Positions 1 to 12,094 of a stretch of 64,000 bases of DNA are shown here, piece after piece; position 1 is the first letter of the stretch, and each line of letters begins with the position of its first letter. Source of the DNA: Octopus sinensis (Eukaryota); the NCBI RefSeq assembly GCF_006345805.1, contig NC_043013.1:58590001-58654000 (forward strand), given 5' to 3'. The position numbers and the translations under genes are program-made. The notes below the pieces were generated by a model that was given only the letters and a program-made list of their open reading frames with translations, searched no databases and had not been told where the DNA came from.

Positions 1-1360
1 TTTCCTTCACGTCAATATCAGTGGGAACACTGAAGACAGAGCAGTATTGTTTCTGCAGTATTTCTGCCATTTCTTTAGCATCGTGTTGAGGAAAGCCGTT
101 ATCATCAATCAATGGCCCAATGGGTGAGACAGTGGTTCTATGCTTATTTGCATAAGAATAGAACACTTTTGGGTTCTGTTTGATGTTTTTGATTACCCAT
201 TGTTCCTCCACAGCTCTTTGATTTTCAATGGAGGTTTTCATGTTAGTCTGCAGATGAAGTTTTTCCAGCTCTAGTCTTTTCATTGTTGTTGAATGTGGAT
301 GTTGTGTGTGGGAATATTTTAATTGGTTGATTTTTTTGTTGAGTCTTTTGATGCGCCTGATGAGTGTTTTTTTCTTTTTAGGGAGCCGGTTTCTGTTTGT
401 GTTAGTAGATTTCTTGGGAGCGTGTTTAGAGCATGTATAGGTGACAATGTTTTCAAAGTGCTGCCACGCGGTCTCAATATGAGGGGAATTGAGAGTAAAA
501 GACCAGTCGATTGAAGACAGATCCTTTCTGATTGTTCCCCAGTCCGCTTTGTGGAAGTTTATGTTGTCAAATGGGTGCCATGGAGTGGGATTGGCTGGTT
601 TGGTTTTTATATGTCGGGAATTAAGATTGCAGAGTACCATGTCGTGGTCTGAGAGGAGAGTTTTTTCGACTGAAATGCTGTGAACGTAGCTAGAGTGATT
701 GGTCAATACCAGATCCAAGATAGTTTTATTCTGTCTCGTTGGTTCAAGCACTAGCTGAGTCAGGAAATACTCATCCATCAGATTAGAGAGCAGTTCTGCT
801 GCTGCCCTATCTGATGTAGAGCACTTGCCTAACTTCGGAGTATTTGTGGGCCAGTTCACATGAGGGAGGTTAAAATCACCCATCACTAGTATGTTTCCGG
901 AGTGGTACTTCCGAAGGAAGGACTTGACTTTGCTAAGGCACTCTTCAAAGTACTTTAGAGGTGCCTGGGGAGGCCTGTAAAGACCAACAATGGTTATGTC
1001 CTTGGCTTTGTTGTATAGTGATACCGATTCACAGTAGCCATTGGAAAATGTGTCCTTGGCATCAAGTGAAAAGGAGTCATGGATAAAGATGGCTGTCCCT
1101 CCCTTATTTCGGTCTGTGCGATCCGCACGAACAATGGTGAAATCTTTTATTTTCACCTCTGCATCCATATGGGTGTTGTTCAGGTGAGTCTCGGTAAGGA
1201 TAAAAAAAGGGAAGCAATGTGCCATTTCGGCAAGCCAACTCTCTATATATGGGATCTTCCATTTTGGGGCAATAATTGATGGGTTGATGCCACGTACATC
1301 TAACAGGAATGTCGAGGTAACGGAAGTTGGTAATGGGTGAGTGGTCCTTGTGATTTGCAT
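1..1360 (-). CDS. LINE ORF2 N-terminus (apurinic-like endonuclease + linker), partial, open to the window edge
   Basis: Hand translation from the ATG at 1360 reads MQITRTTHP...LDVRGINP...LTETHL...RADRTDRNKGGTAIFI...GLYRPP...VMGDFNLPHVNW...EPTRQNKTILDLVLTN...LSDHDMV...NIKQNPKVFYSYA...QYCSVFS. I saw no stop codon. It is absent from the ORF track because it runs off the edge. Confidence 0.8.
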   Translation of the reverse strand, partial: MQITRTTHPLPTSVTSTFLLDVRGINPSIIAPKWKIPYIESWLAEMAHCFPFFILTETHLNNTHMDAEVKIKDFTIVRADRTDRNKGGTAIFIHDSFSLDAKDTFSNGYCESVSLYNKAKDITIVGLYRPPQAPLKYFEECLSKVKSFLRKYHSGNILVMGDFNLPHVNWPTNTPKLGKCSTSDRAAAELLSNLMDEYFLTQLVLEPTRQNKTILDLVLTNHSSYVHSISVEKTLLSDHDMVLCNLNSRHIKTKPANPTPWHPFDNINFHKADWGTIRKDLSSIDWSFTLNSPHIETAWQHFENIVTYTCSKHAPKKSTNTNRNRLPKKKKTLIRRIKRLNKKINQLKYSHTQHPHSTTMKRLELEKLHLQTNMKTSIENQRAVEEQWVIKNIKQNPKVFYSYANKHRTTVSPIGPLIDDNGFPQHDAKEMAEILQKQYCSVFSVPTDIDVKE

Positions 1361-1389
1361 AGATGGTTGGTGATGGCTCGCTGGATCTC

Positions 1390-1752
1390 CTAGCTTAGGT
1401 CGGCCTTCATATTTTCCAGGTATGTCAGTAAAAAAGAGTTGTTTGTTTGGTTTGCCACTTGGTCAGAGGATACATATTTCAAGTTGGCGTTATTTGGTGT
1501 TTTTTCATGGTTCTGTCTACGTTGTTTGATTGTAGGAGGGGAGACGTGGTTGTATTTTGTTCTTGTTGTTGTCCTAGATTTCCTCTGTTCCTGTTTATAT
1601 CTATTCTGTGATCGTTTTGTGCCCTTCAGATGGTGGTGGTTGCATTCTGGGTTCAGGCACATCCTTTGTGAGACAGAAGTTTGGCACAGTTTAGGATGGA
1701 ATAAGGTGCATCCATTGCCTCTTATGCATCCGTATTTAGGATCAGAACCATA
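1390..1752 (-). CDS. LINE ORF1 C-terminal fragment with CCCH-type zinc-finger-like motifs
   Basis: YGCIRGNGCTLFHPKLC...RMCLNPECNHHHLKGT lies within track ORF 1390..1899, directly upstream of ORF2. The N-terminal part of that track ORF is microsatellite. Confidence 0.6.
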   Translation of the reverse strand, partial: YGSDPKYGCIRGNGCTLFHPKLCQTSVSQRMCLNPECNHHHLKGTKRSQNRYKQEQRKSRTTTRTKYNHVSPPTIKQRRQNHEKTPNNANLKYVSSDQVANQTNNSFLLTYLENMKADLS

Positions 1753-3262
1753 TGTATATATAATAATATAAATAATACATATACTCGTGTGTATATATAT
1801 ATATATGCATATATGAGTACAGGACGTCACCGACTGTGTAAACAACATGAAATACGAAAACAAATGAGTGAGGGCTATATCACTTGCATGATGTTGCAAG
1901 ATATTCCATCAGCATTGCACAAGTGATGTTACTATACCTTCCAGATACACCCAAAACTTGGGTCCCATGCTACCCAACCACAACATAAATCATTCTCGCA
2001 TCGCATAGCAGCAATAAGCCACAAGTATTTCACTCCAATTGACCTCGCTCTCTTTAACATCGCACTTCTACATAAAATTCTTTACTGGGGGTGAGGAATA
2101 AACCTTGTATTTCCACAGTTTTTTTTATTATCAACGGTCATTAGGGGATTTCTTAGCATAAACATCACAATTACCTTCATCAACCTAATCAAAATTGAAC
2201 TTCAAATAATTAGTTTGATCGCAATAATTAAATTAATAATACATGACGCTGGTGTGATCGTGTGACCCAGGTTCGCTGCGTATTTTGTAGTATAGCCTCG
2301 GACCGGCCAAAGCCTGATCGACCAAAACTGAAAGAATCTCGTCATACATGGATGCCTTAAAAAGAAAACAATTGCTGCCATAATTAAATGAAATATTACG
2401 CTAAACGATAAAGAACTCTACATGTATGTATGTATACTGTATGTACACATATTGTATATAATATCTACACACATATATCATACGTATTTATCTATGTCCT
2501 GTTGACTATGTACATTACTCACGGACTTCGGCGTTCTTATACTGTTGCTCCCATCTCGTGAGACGAGTGTGTAAACGTTTCAAAAATGTAAGATTATTTT
2601 CTTGGATAAAATCCTTTCGATTGATAATCTTATTGATAGCAATGATCCATGTGGTATTGATAACTACTGGAAAAACCCATCGCCTCATGGAACGCCTGTA
2701 AGAGTAAACTGTTTCCCTAACTTTTCTCTTTAATTTATTGAAATTCCTCATAAACTGACACAAAGGGGATGTATGTATAAGTGCGGGTTGTCTGTTTATG
2801 ATCTTTAACCACTGGATCTCTAGTTTCATTCAGAAATACTTTGAACGACTTGTGACAATGATGTTTATAGAATCCCTTTAAAAGATCAATGTGATGTAGG
2901 TCGCCAATTCCCTCCCATGACTGATGGTCATGTTTCAAAGCCTTTAAAAAGGACTTGAATATGATTGATAGGTCGGGATCATTTCTGCCGCTTTAATCAA
3001 GATTAGAATAGAGTGTTGTAAATTAAAGCCGAATCTTATATATTTCGACATTCCACAAGAATTTCAAAGAAATGTAATTATAGACTACAGGCGATGTTCC
3101 ACACCCTTTTCAGACATTTTACTGCCTTCTCAATGGTGGTCGACTGAAGTGAATCTAAAACCATAATATCTATTTTTCTCTATGAATTAACTCATCGCGC
3201 ATTTTCTATGAGGAGATAGCGTTTCGCATGTTTTTGTATCACAAAACTATTTATTTTTCACT

Positions 3263-3312
<50 letters not shown>

Positions 3313-3829
3313 TCTATCTATCTCTGTGAACGAGTTTCTGAGAGAGTGTATGGGGAGGCCTGATACCTACATGTATGAGCTTCATACAAAGACACTATGA
3401 TTTCATCCAATTGTTGTTGTCACAAATTGAATTGTCCACAGAAAGGTCGAAATAAAACAAATTAGAAAAGTCTTGATCAATTATCTTATACGCTTCCTCA
3501 TCTAAATTGAACGTGTATATGCATGTGTATATATTATTAGTGCGGCAATGTATAGTGTGGGAATATATTATTAGTGTGGTCGAGTGTGTCCTGTGTGCAT
3601 GTGTATCTATATGGGTTTAGGATTGTTAAGAATATATTGTGAATCGAATGAGGTTGACAATAGGGTTGATTAAAGTAAACTGGTATATATATATATCTGC
3701 CGTGAGGCATTATTTTTCTCACACGCCAGATAATTTGGATTGTCTAAAGTCGAAAGACACCTGTCATCTTTGTCCTGTTGATTTTTGTCAGCCCTTATGG
3801 CCAAGAATGAATTATTATTATTATTATTA

Positions 3830-4130
3830 TCGTTTTTTGTTTTTTGTATTTATATTCGTATTACATTTTGTTTTTGTATTTATTTTCGTGTAACATCGTC
3901 CGTTTTTCTGTCCTTGTCTCGTATACATTCGATCCATTTACCAAGAAATCTAATGCTCGTAGCTTAGTTTTTACTTGGAGCTGGCCAGATCGGAGCAAAC
4001 TGAAGATTAATCAGCCGAAATTGCGAGGATGATCCGGTTCTGGACTGAAGATTAGAGCTTTCAAATGACCCGTCCGTTTTCGTATCGTCTATTTGAATGT
4101 TTTGCGTTCTTGTCCCATTTTATGTATTTT
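3830..4130 (+). repeat. Dispersed non-coding repeat family A, copy 1
   Basis: Similar to the reverse complement of 32215-32525 (shared GTAACATCGTCCGTTTTTCTGTCCTTGT...TTAATCAGCCGAAATTGCGAGGATGATCCGGTTC). It ends in (TA)n. Confidence 0.75.
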
Positions 4131-4205
4131 TTATACATACATATATATAAATATATATATATATAGAGAGAGAGAGAGAGGGAGGGAGAGAGATAGGTAT
4201 ATATA

Positions 4206-4246
<41 letters not shown>

Positions 4247-4328
4247 TATGTATATATATATATACTAATATATGTACATTATATATATATATATAGGTAT
4301 GTATATATATATGCTAATATGTGTACAT

Positions 4329-4383
<55 letters not shown>

Positions 4384-4421
4384 TATATATATATAAATAT
4401 ATATATCTTATGTATACATAC

Positions 4422-4464
<43 letters not shown>

Positions 4465-4489
4465 AGTATATATATTATTTATATAAAAA

Positions 4490-4720
4490 GGCGGCGAGCT
4501 GGCAGAAACGTTAGCACGCTGGGCGAAATGCGTAGCTGTATTTCGTCTGTCGTCACGTTCCGAGTTCAAATTCCGCCGAGGTCGACTTTGCCTTTCATCC
4601 TTTCGGGGTCGATAAATTAAGTACCAGTTACACACTGGGGTCGATATAATCGACTTAATCCGTTTGTCTGTCCTTGTTTGTCCCGTCTGTGTTTAGCCCC
4701 TTGTGGGTAGTAAAGAAATA
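4490..4720 (+). mobile_element. tRNA-like SINE, family 1
   Basis: It has a GGCGGCGAGCTGGCAGAA head and a B-box-like GAGTTCAAATTCC. Homologous copies lie at 38203-38860, 55165-55565 and 63240-63470. Confidence 0.8.
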
Positions 4721-5142
4721 TATATATTATTTATACATACATTTATGAACTTTCACAAAGCAGATTGGAAATTGATCCCAAAAGAGAGGACTGGCCGAAA
4801 TGTCTCTCCATACCAGACATTGACATGAAACTAGAATGTTTCATGTCTTCCGTGCAAGCCGTATGCCAGAAATATGTCCTGGAGCACCAGGCCAAAACAA
4901 GTAGGAGCAAGATTCCAAGAGATAGGAAGATCCTCATGAGATGACGGACGAAGGTTGCAAATCGACTCAACCAACATCCCAAAAGCAGCGAAACGTCCCG
5001 CCTAAAAGCAACACTGATAGAGATCGAAAAAAGATTGCAACAATCCTATGTGAGGGAGAAAGCAGACAAAGAAGCCTGGGTTATAAAAAATATTTAGTCA
5101 AACCCAAAGGCCTTCTTTCATTACGCGAAAGAAACAGCCTCA

Positions 5143-6960
5143 GTGCACTACAAGATAGGACCCCTCCTCCAAAAGGATGGCTCCCTCACAGACAGTCCAG
5201 CTAAGATCAGTGAGATACTGAATGACCAGTTCAAAAGTGTATTTACCACCCCGTTGGAACACAGACAAGTGAACGAACCAGTGGACTTCTTTGCCGCCTC
5301 ACCTATAACCAGCGAGGCAATTACAATAGAATACATTGACATTAGTGAAGAAGATGTACTACTAGCCAGAGATGAAGTGGACACAAACTCAGCTGCTGGT
5401 CCTGATGGTTTCCCAGCAATCTTCCTCAAATCGTGTAAACATGCCCTGGCAAAACCCCTCAAGATTCTCTTCCAGAGCTTTCTTACAAATGGCAAACTGC
5501 CAAGCAAGCTGAAGGAGGGAATAATATGCCCAATACATAAAGGGGGAAGTAGAGCAGATGCCCAGAACTATAGGCCTATCTCTCTGACTTTACACATCAG
5601 CAAAGTCATGGAACGGATAATGAAAGGGAAACTAATCGCATTCCTTGAAAAAAATAACTTGCTAAGTGATACCCAACATGGTTTCCGACCAAGTAGGAGC
5701 TGCCTGACCCAGCTCTTACAACATTATGACTGGGTGTTGAGGCAGTTGCTCAACAAATCAAATGTCGATGTAATATACCTTGATTTTGCAAAAGCTTTTG
5801 ACAAGGAGGATCATGGTATGATATGCCACAAACTGCGTGACCTTGGCATAGCTGGAAAACTCGGAGTGTGGTTACATGACTTCCTGAAAGATAGGAGTCA
5901 GGTAGTAGTGGCTAATGGAGCCACCTCTATGAACACACAAATAGTGAGCGGTGTTCCACAGGGCACTGTCTTGGGACCATTGCTTTTTATAGTGGCCCTC
6001 TCAGATATGCCCTCAAATGCCCGGATAGCCACTCTTGCAAGCTATACAGATGATACAAAAGTCTCACAGAAAATACAGAACCCCAGCGATGTTGCACATC
6101 TGCAGCAGGAGTTGGACTCAGTCTACAGATGGCCTGAGGATAATAATATGCAGTTTAATGCTGAGAAATTCCAGGCCCTGCGCTACCAGCATCCAAAACT
6201 GAATATTAACCCTACAGGGTACACCGGTCCACAGGGAATTTCAATCCCAGAGCCTAAGTCAGTGAGGGACCTGGGTATCGACATGAGTGATGATACCTCT
6301 TTCCAAGTGCACATTACCAGGATGGCGACAAAGTGCAGACGACTGGCTGGATGGATCCTAAGAACATTCAGAACCAGAGATAAGGAAACCATGATGGTCC
6401 TCTGGCGGACATTCGTCCTCAGCCACCTGGATTACTGCTCACAGCTATGGTCACCTACCAGTGTGAGATTAACAGTGGACGTTGAAGCAATCCAGAGAAG
6501 ATTCACAAAGAAGATCGTCTCTTTGCAACAGCTCAGCTACTGGGAAAGGTTGAAACAGCTAAGACTCTACTCCCTGGAGAGAAGACAGGAGAGGTATGCA
6601 GTAATATATATCTTGAATATACTGGAAGGAATTGTGCCAAATTTTGGCATTGAAAGCCACACCAATGCTAGAACGGGACGACACTGCATAGCACCAAAGA
6701 TCCCAGCAATGCCATCACGCTTCAGCACCAGTTACTGCAAGGGCCCACAACTTTTTAATATTCTCCCAAAGAGTCTGAGGAACTTGCACAAAGAAGATGT
6801 AGGGTTTTTTAAATCAAAGCTGGACCTCTTCCTGCTGAGAGTCCCAGATGAGCCTAGCTCACGGCAAGAGGTGCAAATAAGGGTAGCTATATCAAACTCC
6901 ATTCTTCATCAAGTGCCACATATTAGACTAATATATATACACAAATATATGCATAAGTAA
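5143..6960 (+). CDS. LINE ORF2 reverse transcriptase region (605-aa track ORF, N-truncated)
   Basis: Motifs are [56 protein letters not shown] and YTDD (YADD equivalent), then DLGI, LDYCSQLWSP and LYSLERRQER. Confidence 0.9.
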   Translation: MHYKIGPLLQKDGSLTDSPAKISEILNDQFKSVFTTPLEHRQVNEPVDFFAASPITSEAITIEYIDISEEDVLLARDEVDTNSAAGPDGFPAIFLKSCKHALAKPLKILFQSFLTNGKLPSKLKEGIICPIHKGGSRADAQNYRPISLTLHISKVMERIMKGKLIAFLEKNNLLSDTQHGFRPSRSCLTQLLQHYDWVLRQLLNKSNVDVIYLDFAKAFDKEDHGMICHKLRDLGIAGKLGVWLHDFLKDRSQVVVANGATSMNTQIVSGVPQGTVLGPLLFIVALSDMPSNARIATLASYTDDTKVSQKIQNPSDVAHLQQELDSVYRWPEDNNMQFNAEKFQALRYQHPKLNINPTGYTGPQGISIPEPKSVRDLGIDMSDDTSFQVHITRMATKCRRLAGWILRTFRTRDKETMMVLWRTFVLSHLDYCSQLWSPTSVRLTVDVEAIQRRFTKKIVSLQQLSYWERLKQLRLYSLERRQERYAVIYILNILEGIVPNFGIESHTNARTGRHCIAPKIPAMPSRFSTSYCKGPQLFNILPKSLRNLHKEDVGFFKSKLDLFLLRVPDEPSSRQEVQIRVAISNSILHQVPHIRLIYIHKYMHK

Positions 6961-6978
6961 GATATATATATATATATA

Positions 6979-7285
6979 TATATTGTATAAAGGGCATTAT
7001 TACACATAAATGCCTCACACTAGGAGGGACAAAGTCATTACTACCAAAAATTATACTAATCATACCCAAATGCAGTTTTTCAAAGCAAGACATTTAAAAA
7101 TGAATTATGTTCTGTATCACCGTGATTTCACATACAAATCACGGTGATACAGAACATAATTCATTTTTAAATGTCTTGCTTTGAAAAACTGCATTTGGGT
7201 ATGATTAGTATAATTTTTGGTAGTAATGACTTTGTCCCTCCTAGTGTGAGGCATTTATGTGTAATAATGCCCTTTATACAATATA
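6979..7285. repeat. Perfect inverted repeat, 150-bp arms, 7-nt spacer
   Basis: 6979-7128 is the reverse complement of 7136-7285; the spacer is CACATAC. Confidence 0.95.
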
Positions 7286-7412
7286 GATATAATTAATTTG
7301 TTCAAAAGAAAAAATTATTTTCGGATTCTTTTCTTTTATGAGGTTTTCACGCTAGCTACCCGATAATTTCTTGTTAAGATCCCTTATTAAGAGATTATCC
7401 TTAATTGTTAAA

Positions 7413-7475
<63 letters not shown>

Positions 7476-7790
7476 AAATAAGATGTATACTTATATATAT
7501 ATATGTATGCATATATAGATAAGATATATACTTATATATAAATATTATATATATATATAATATATATATATATATATAATATATATATATATAATATATA
7601 TATACATATTATAGTAATAACAGTGTAGCACAAAACGGCGGTGCATCAGCATGGCCGCAGCTCTTGGCTGGAACTTAAAAAAAAATTCTTAAGTATATAT
7701 CTTATTTATACATATATTTATGTATATATATATGTATATATATATACACATATATATATAGGTATATATTTTATTTATATATATATAAAA

Positions 7791-7961
7791 GGCGCAGGAG
7801 TGGCTGTGTGGTAAGTAGCTTGCTAACCAACCACATGGTTCCGGGTTCAGTCCCACTGCGTGGCACCTTGGGCAAGTGTCTTCTGCTATAGCCCCGGGCC
7901 GACCAATGCCTTGTGAGTGGATTTGGTAGACGGAAACTGAAAGAAGCCTGTCGTATATATG

Positions 7962-8002
<41 letters not shown>

Positions 8003-8190
8003 TTGTCACCCCAGCATTGCTGGACAACCGATGCTGGTGTGTTTACGTCCCCGTCACTTAGCGGTTCGGCGAAAGAGACCGATAGAATAAGTACTGGGCT
8101 TACAAAGAACAAGTCCCGGGGTCGATTTGCTCGACTAAAGGTGGTGCTCCAGCATGGCCGCAGTCAAATGACTTAAACAAGTAAAAGAGT
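7791..8190 (+). mobile_element. tRNA-like SINE, family 2, with internal (TA)/(TG) tract and LINE-like 3' tail
   Basis: It has an A/B-box-like head GGAGTGGCTGTGTGGTAAG...GGTTCAGTCCC, a body containing CCTTGGGCAAGTG, and a tail GGTGGTGCTCCAGCATGGCCGCAG followed by (TAAAAGAG)n. A second copy is at 34060-34279. Confidence 0.8.
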
Positions 8191-8265
8191 AAAAGAGTAT
8201 AAGTTTATATCTTATTTATACATGCATACACACATTATATATATAAGTATATATCTTATTTATAC

Positions 8266-8335
<70 letters not shown>

Positions 8336-8353
8336 TATTTATGCATATATTTG

Positions 8354-8388
<35 letters not shown>

Positions 8389-8654
8389 ATAATGGTTGTA
8401 TATGTACATACGCTTTAGAAATCGCATTTTGACATGCTATATACGTTGCAGTTCTAGTAATATTCGAAACAGTTTTCAATAACAGTTTATAGTATATTTA
8501 TTGGTAAGCGTATCATTTGATGAAGAGAGAGAAAAAGAGGGGAAGAGTGAGAGACAGAGAGAAGCAGTGTGAGGTAGAATAGAATGAAGTTTTCAATTAC
8601 CTGGGAATCGAAGGGGAGATATGTTTGTTAATGATACTGGTCTTGGTACCGTTA

Positions 8655-8659
8655 GAGTT

Positions 8660-8694
<35 letters not shown>

Positions 8695-9240
8695 CGGGTG
8701 GTGGTATTAGTAGTGATTGCAATGATGTAGTTAGTAGATTTGGGTGTTGATATTTCATGTAGCGGTGTTACTTTATATGTTGGGGATTGAAGGAAAGAGA
8801 CAATTTTTGAATAAACTGAAAATGACCGAAGACAACAGGAACCAATCAAGACGGTTTCTTTCGGTCTTATTCCATTATTTGTGTTTTGAGTTTTGTTGTT
8901 TAGCCCCTTGTCAGGAGTCTTCAAAGAAATCATTTATAAACGCAGCAACAACAACAACAAAAACAACGGTGACACCGGCAACAACAACAACAACAACAAG
9001 AGTAGTTCAGCAACAACAAAAATATGTAAAAACAATTGAAAGAGCAACTACAACAACACAAAAAAACTGAGAAACTAAGAAAATACGTTAATACAACAAT
9101 AAAAGCAATAAAAAATCCACGACGAAAATTTAGCAACCAAATTAACAGCAGCAGCAGTCCAAGAACTTAATGAGCAAAACAACAACATAAACAAAAGAAA
9201 CAAAATTAAAGAACAATAAAAATAATACAAAAAATAAGAA
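8655..9240. repeat. Trinucleotide-rich low-complexity region ((TAG)n, (AAC)n, (CAG)n)
   Basis: Directly visible repeats. The overlapping track ORFs are poly-T/C/V artefacts. Confidence 0.8.
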
Positions 9241-11092
9241 AAGCAGAACAAAAGAGGTTGAATAATGGAAATTATTCCATGTATCGTGATGTAAGTTAAA
9301 AGAATGTAATGGCAGTTGATTAGGGGGGAAGAATCGTGAGAAGAGGGGGGGGAGATAACATGTGCAAGGAAGAAGGGAGGGAGCGTGTGATGTAAGGAAT
9401 GAGAGAAGGAGAGAGAATGAGTGAAAATGTGCTCACCATATTTACTGTCCCATTAAATCCCCTTCCTATTCAGTCAGATATTTTGGATGAGTAAATCGTG
9501 AAAGAATAGGACAAGGATTTTCGAATCGAACGATCAATGATTGCCGAAAATGTCCATGACAAAACAAATCTACAAAACTTCAGAATTAAATTAAATCAAT
9601 TCTCCTATTTTGTTTCGTGAAAACAATTTTGAAAGTATTCTTCTTCTGCCTCTAAGTCGGTTAAGCATTTCATACAGAGAAGTAAAGGGTTAGCATGGCG
9701 AAATTTATAAACATGGAAGTAGAAATAAAGATTAATAATTGTGAATCGCTAGTTTTCTCCTTTGGCTTTCTCTTCTCATTCTTGTTGTCTCTCGCTTCTT
9801 TTGTTTTTTCCTTCTAGTTTCATGGCTCTATTTCCATTTTTCTTGGCTGTTGGTGTTAGGTTCATTGTGACCAGTACCACTGAATATGAAACAAGTACCT
9901 TAGATCTGTATCCAATCTCTCAGCAATAACCTTTCAGTTACACACTTAAAGTTTCTCGAAACAGCATGAACATCACAACGCCAGTTTTTCTCTTTTTCTG
10001 GGAATAAATAAAACTAATCCTGTAACTGCCCAAGAAATGCTCAAGCTGGGTAGTATTTAGCACTGTCAAACAGAAAAGAAAAACACTATCCGTGTTAGTA
10101 AGGTATTTCGTCACGATATATTTGTATATCTCATTAAAGATACAAAAGCCAGCTCCATTCTGAAATAGAATGAACATCACAGATGTCCAACTTATCCGAA
10201 ATCTTTAAATCCGGAGACCCTATTAAAAATTAGCAAAAGGAACCAAATTTGTTGCAGCTTTTGTCAAGCTGACTTAGCAGTTTAGTGAATAACGTAATTG
10301 AAGACATATACGATGAAGGAGGTGGTGGTGGTGGTGGTGGCGGTGGCGGTGGCGGCGGCGATGATGACTTTTAAAATCAGTGTATTATCATTTCATATTT
10401 TCCAAGTCATCTTTTATGTAGTAAGAGAACCGATACCAGGATATTAGTGTTGATGTTTGGAACATGGGCAACGTCCAATGAGGAAACCGAATAGAAAAGT
10501 GCAAATTGACTAAACATTTGTCAATTTTGTAGTGTTTCTGTCACGTATAACGGTGGGTCATTACGACAATGAGCAGGTACGTGCAATACAGGGTCAAAAG
10601 TTGTGTACCATGTTAGTGGCGACGTATGTTCGTGTTGAAGGGAAGACGTAGGTTTAGATTGAAGAAAGGCAATGGTCCCTGTTGGTGGTGTGACATCGGA
10701 TCCATGACCCCGTTTCCTCTCTTGGTTTCTGTTCTATTGCATCGATGTGGCTCATGAAACATAATTTATATCGATTTCATTCAGTTCAGGTGAATAAAGT
10801 CGGTGTTATCGATCAACAAACCTAATAATTTACCTGTTTGTATTTTATTGACTCCAGAATTATGAAAAATATTCCTGATGGCGGTGGGAATCGAACTTCG
10901 AAAAAAATTGTACAACTATTTTTTTTTATTGTCTGGTATTTAATGATTCTGCTATGACACCGTTCTTAATACTCACGAATAACGGTTTCAAACACAAGTA
11001 ACGTGCGGATTTACCTCATTAAATTGAGTCCAGATATTTCATCTATGCCAAAATGATAAACGGCAAAGTTGACCCTGGAAGTGGTGGTGGTG

Positions 11093-11123
<31 letters not shown>

Positions 11124-12094
11124 TAGTGGTAGTTATTAGTGGTAGGAGAGCGTAATGTCTCTTGCAGTGATTAATGCATTGGCAGTAATATCTTTAACAA
11201 ACAGAATTAGTTCAATGAGAGTCTACAGTTCCAGTCCATTAAAGTGTGTACTTGAGAAATGGCTACGTAATATTGCATCCCTCTGTCAAATCGATTGTTA
11301 AATAAGTTACCATTTTTAAAGAAAATATGAGACGAAGGTGCATCAGCAGAATTGATCATGCGTTGAGTAGAAGGCTTTGTAGAAACTATGGCGGCTTTTT
11401 ATGTGCTTCGTTCAAATGCTGCCGAGTTCAGTTTTGAAATTCGTCCCTCTCAGTTCATCTCTCTCTCAGGTCGAAAATTCATAGCCACACAAGTACCGCA
11501 GTCGACTTAACTAGTCTTCGATCTTCAGAACATGCTGTTGGTTAACACAGTAGAATCCAACTACCGGTGCAATCATATTGCTTCGAAGATAAACAAAATA
11601 AATTGCTGTCACATTATCTGCCCTACACAGATACGCTTCTAGTTTATAATTCACTCTCATATACAAATATTTTTTGACTCTGAGAGAGGAATCCATTAAA
11701 ATGGCTAATGAGATTTGAGAGAAATGTGTTGATTAACAAAATTAAAAGTAATTGTCATGAGAAATGGTGAAATATCTTCCATTCAAGTGCATCCCCTATA
11801 TTGGTAAAGAAAAGAGCAATAGTACTGTGTTTGTCAAATTTGGTGGGTTTTAATTAGAGATTTTAGTTTCTGAGGAGAGATGTAATAGTAGGGACAGGAA
11901 TATGTTTAAATTTGCTCTGGTTCCCACCCCACCAAAAAAAATCAAAAAACAAAAAAAAGAAAAAACGACGTTGCTGTTTATGGTATTTCATGATGTCATG
12001 CAACGTAGCGGATCGAAAAATAGGATGCGATAGAAACAATACTAGACAAGAATAAAAACTGAAAGTGAAGTTGATATAATTGACAAATCCCTTG

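Larger units (their letters stand above)
1..1755 (-). mobile_element. CR1/L2-group non-LTR retrotransposon, 5' part (end of ORF1 + start of ORF2); continues beyond the left window edge
   Basis: A Cys/His-rich ORF1 fragment is followed by an ORF2 with all the APE endonuclease motifs. The element is cut off upstream at a (TA)n tract near 1755. Confidence 0.85.
4755..7685 (+). mobile_element. 5'-truncated CR1/L2-group LINE; its 3' UTR is interrupted by a palindrome and (TA)n
   Basis: A degraded linker (EAWVIKNI*SNPKAFFHYA) precedes the RT ORF. The 3' tail GGCGGTGCATCAGCATGGCCGCAGCTC...poly(A) at 7637-7685 matches the tail at 33795-33855. Confidence 0.85.

Noticed and set aside
3990-4085. Two CTGAAGA...GAAA-like motifs in repeat family A (also at 32280-32350, minus strand)
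   Set aside because: I could not build consistent stems I, II and III in either copy, and the cores differ between copies. Not called as hammerheads without a family consensus.
9880-10180. Possible spliced exon(s) on the minus strand
   Set aside because: All frames between the candidate AG/GT sites contain stops or give unrecognisable peptides.
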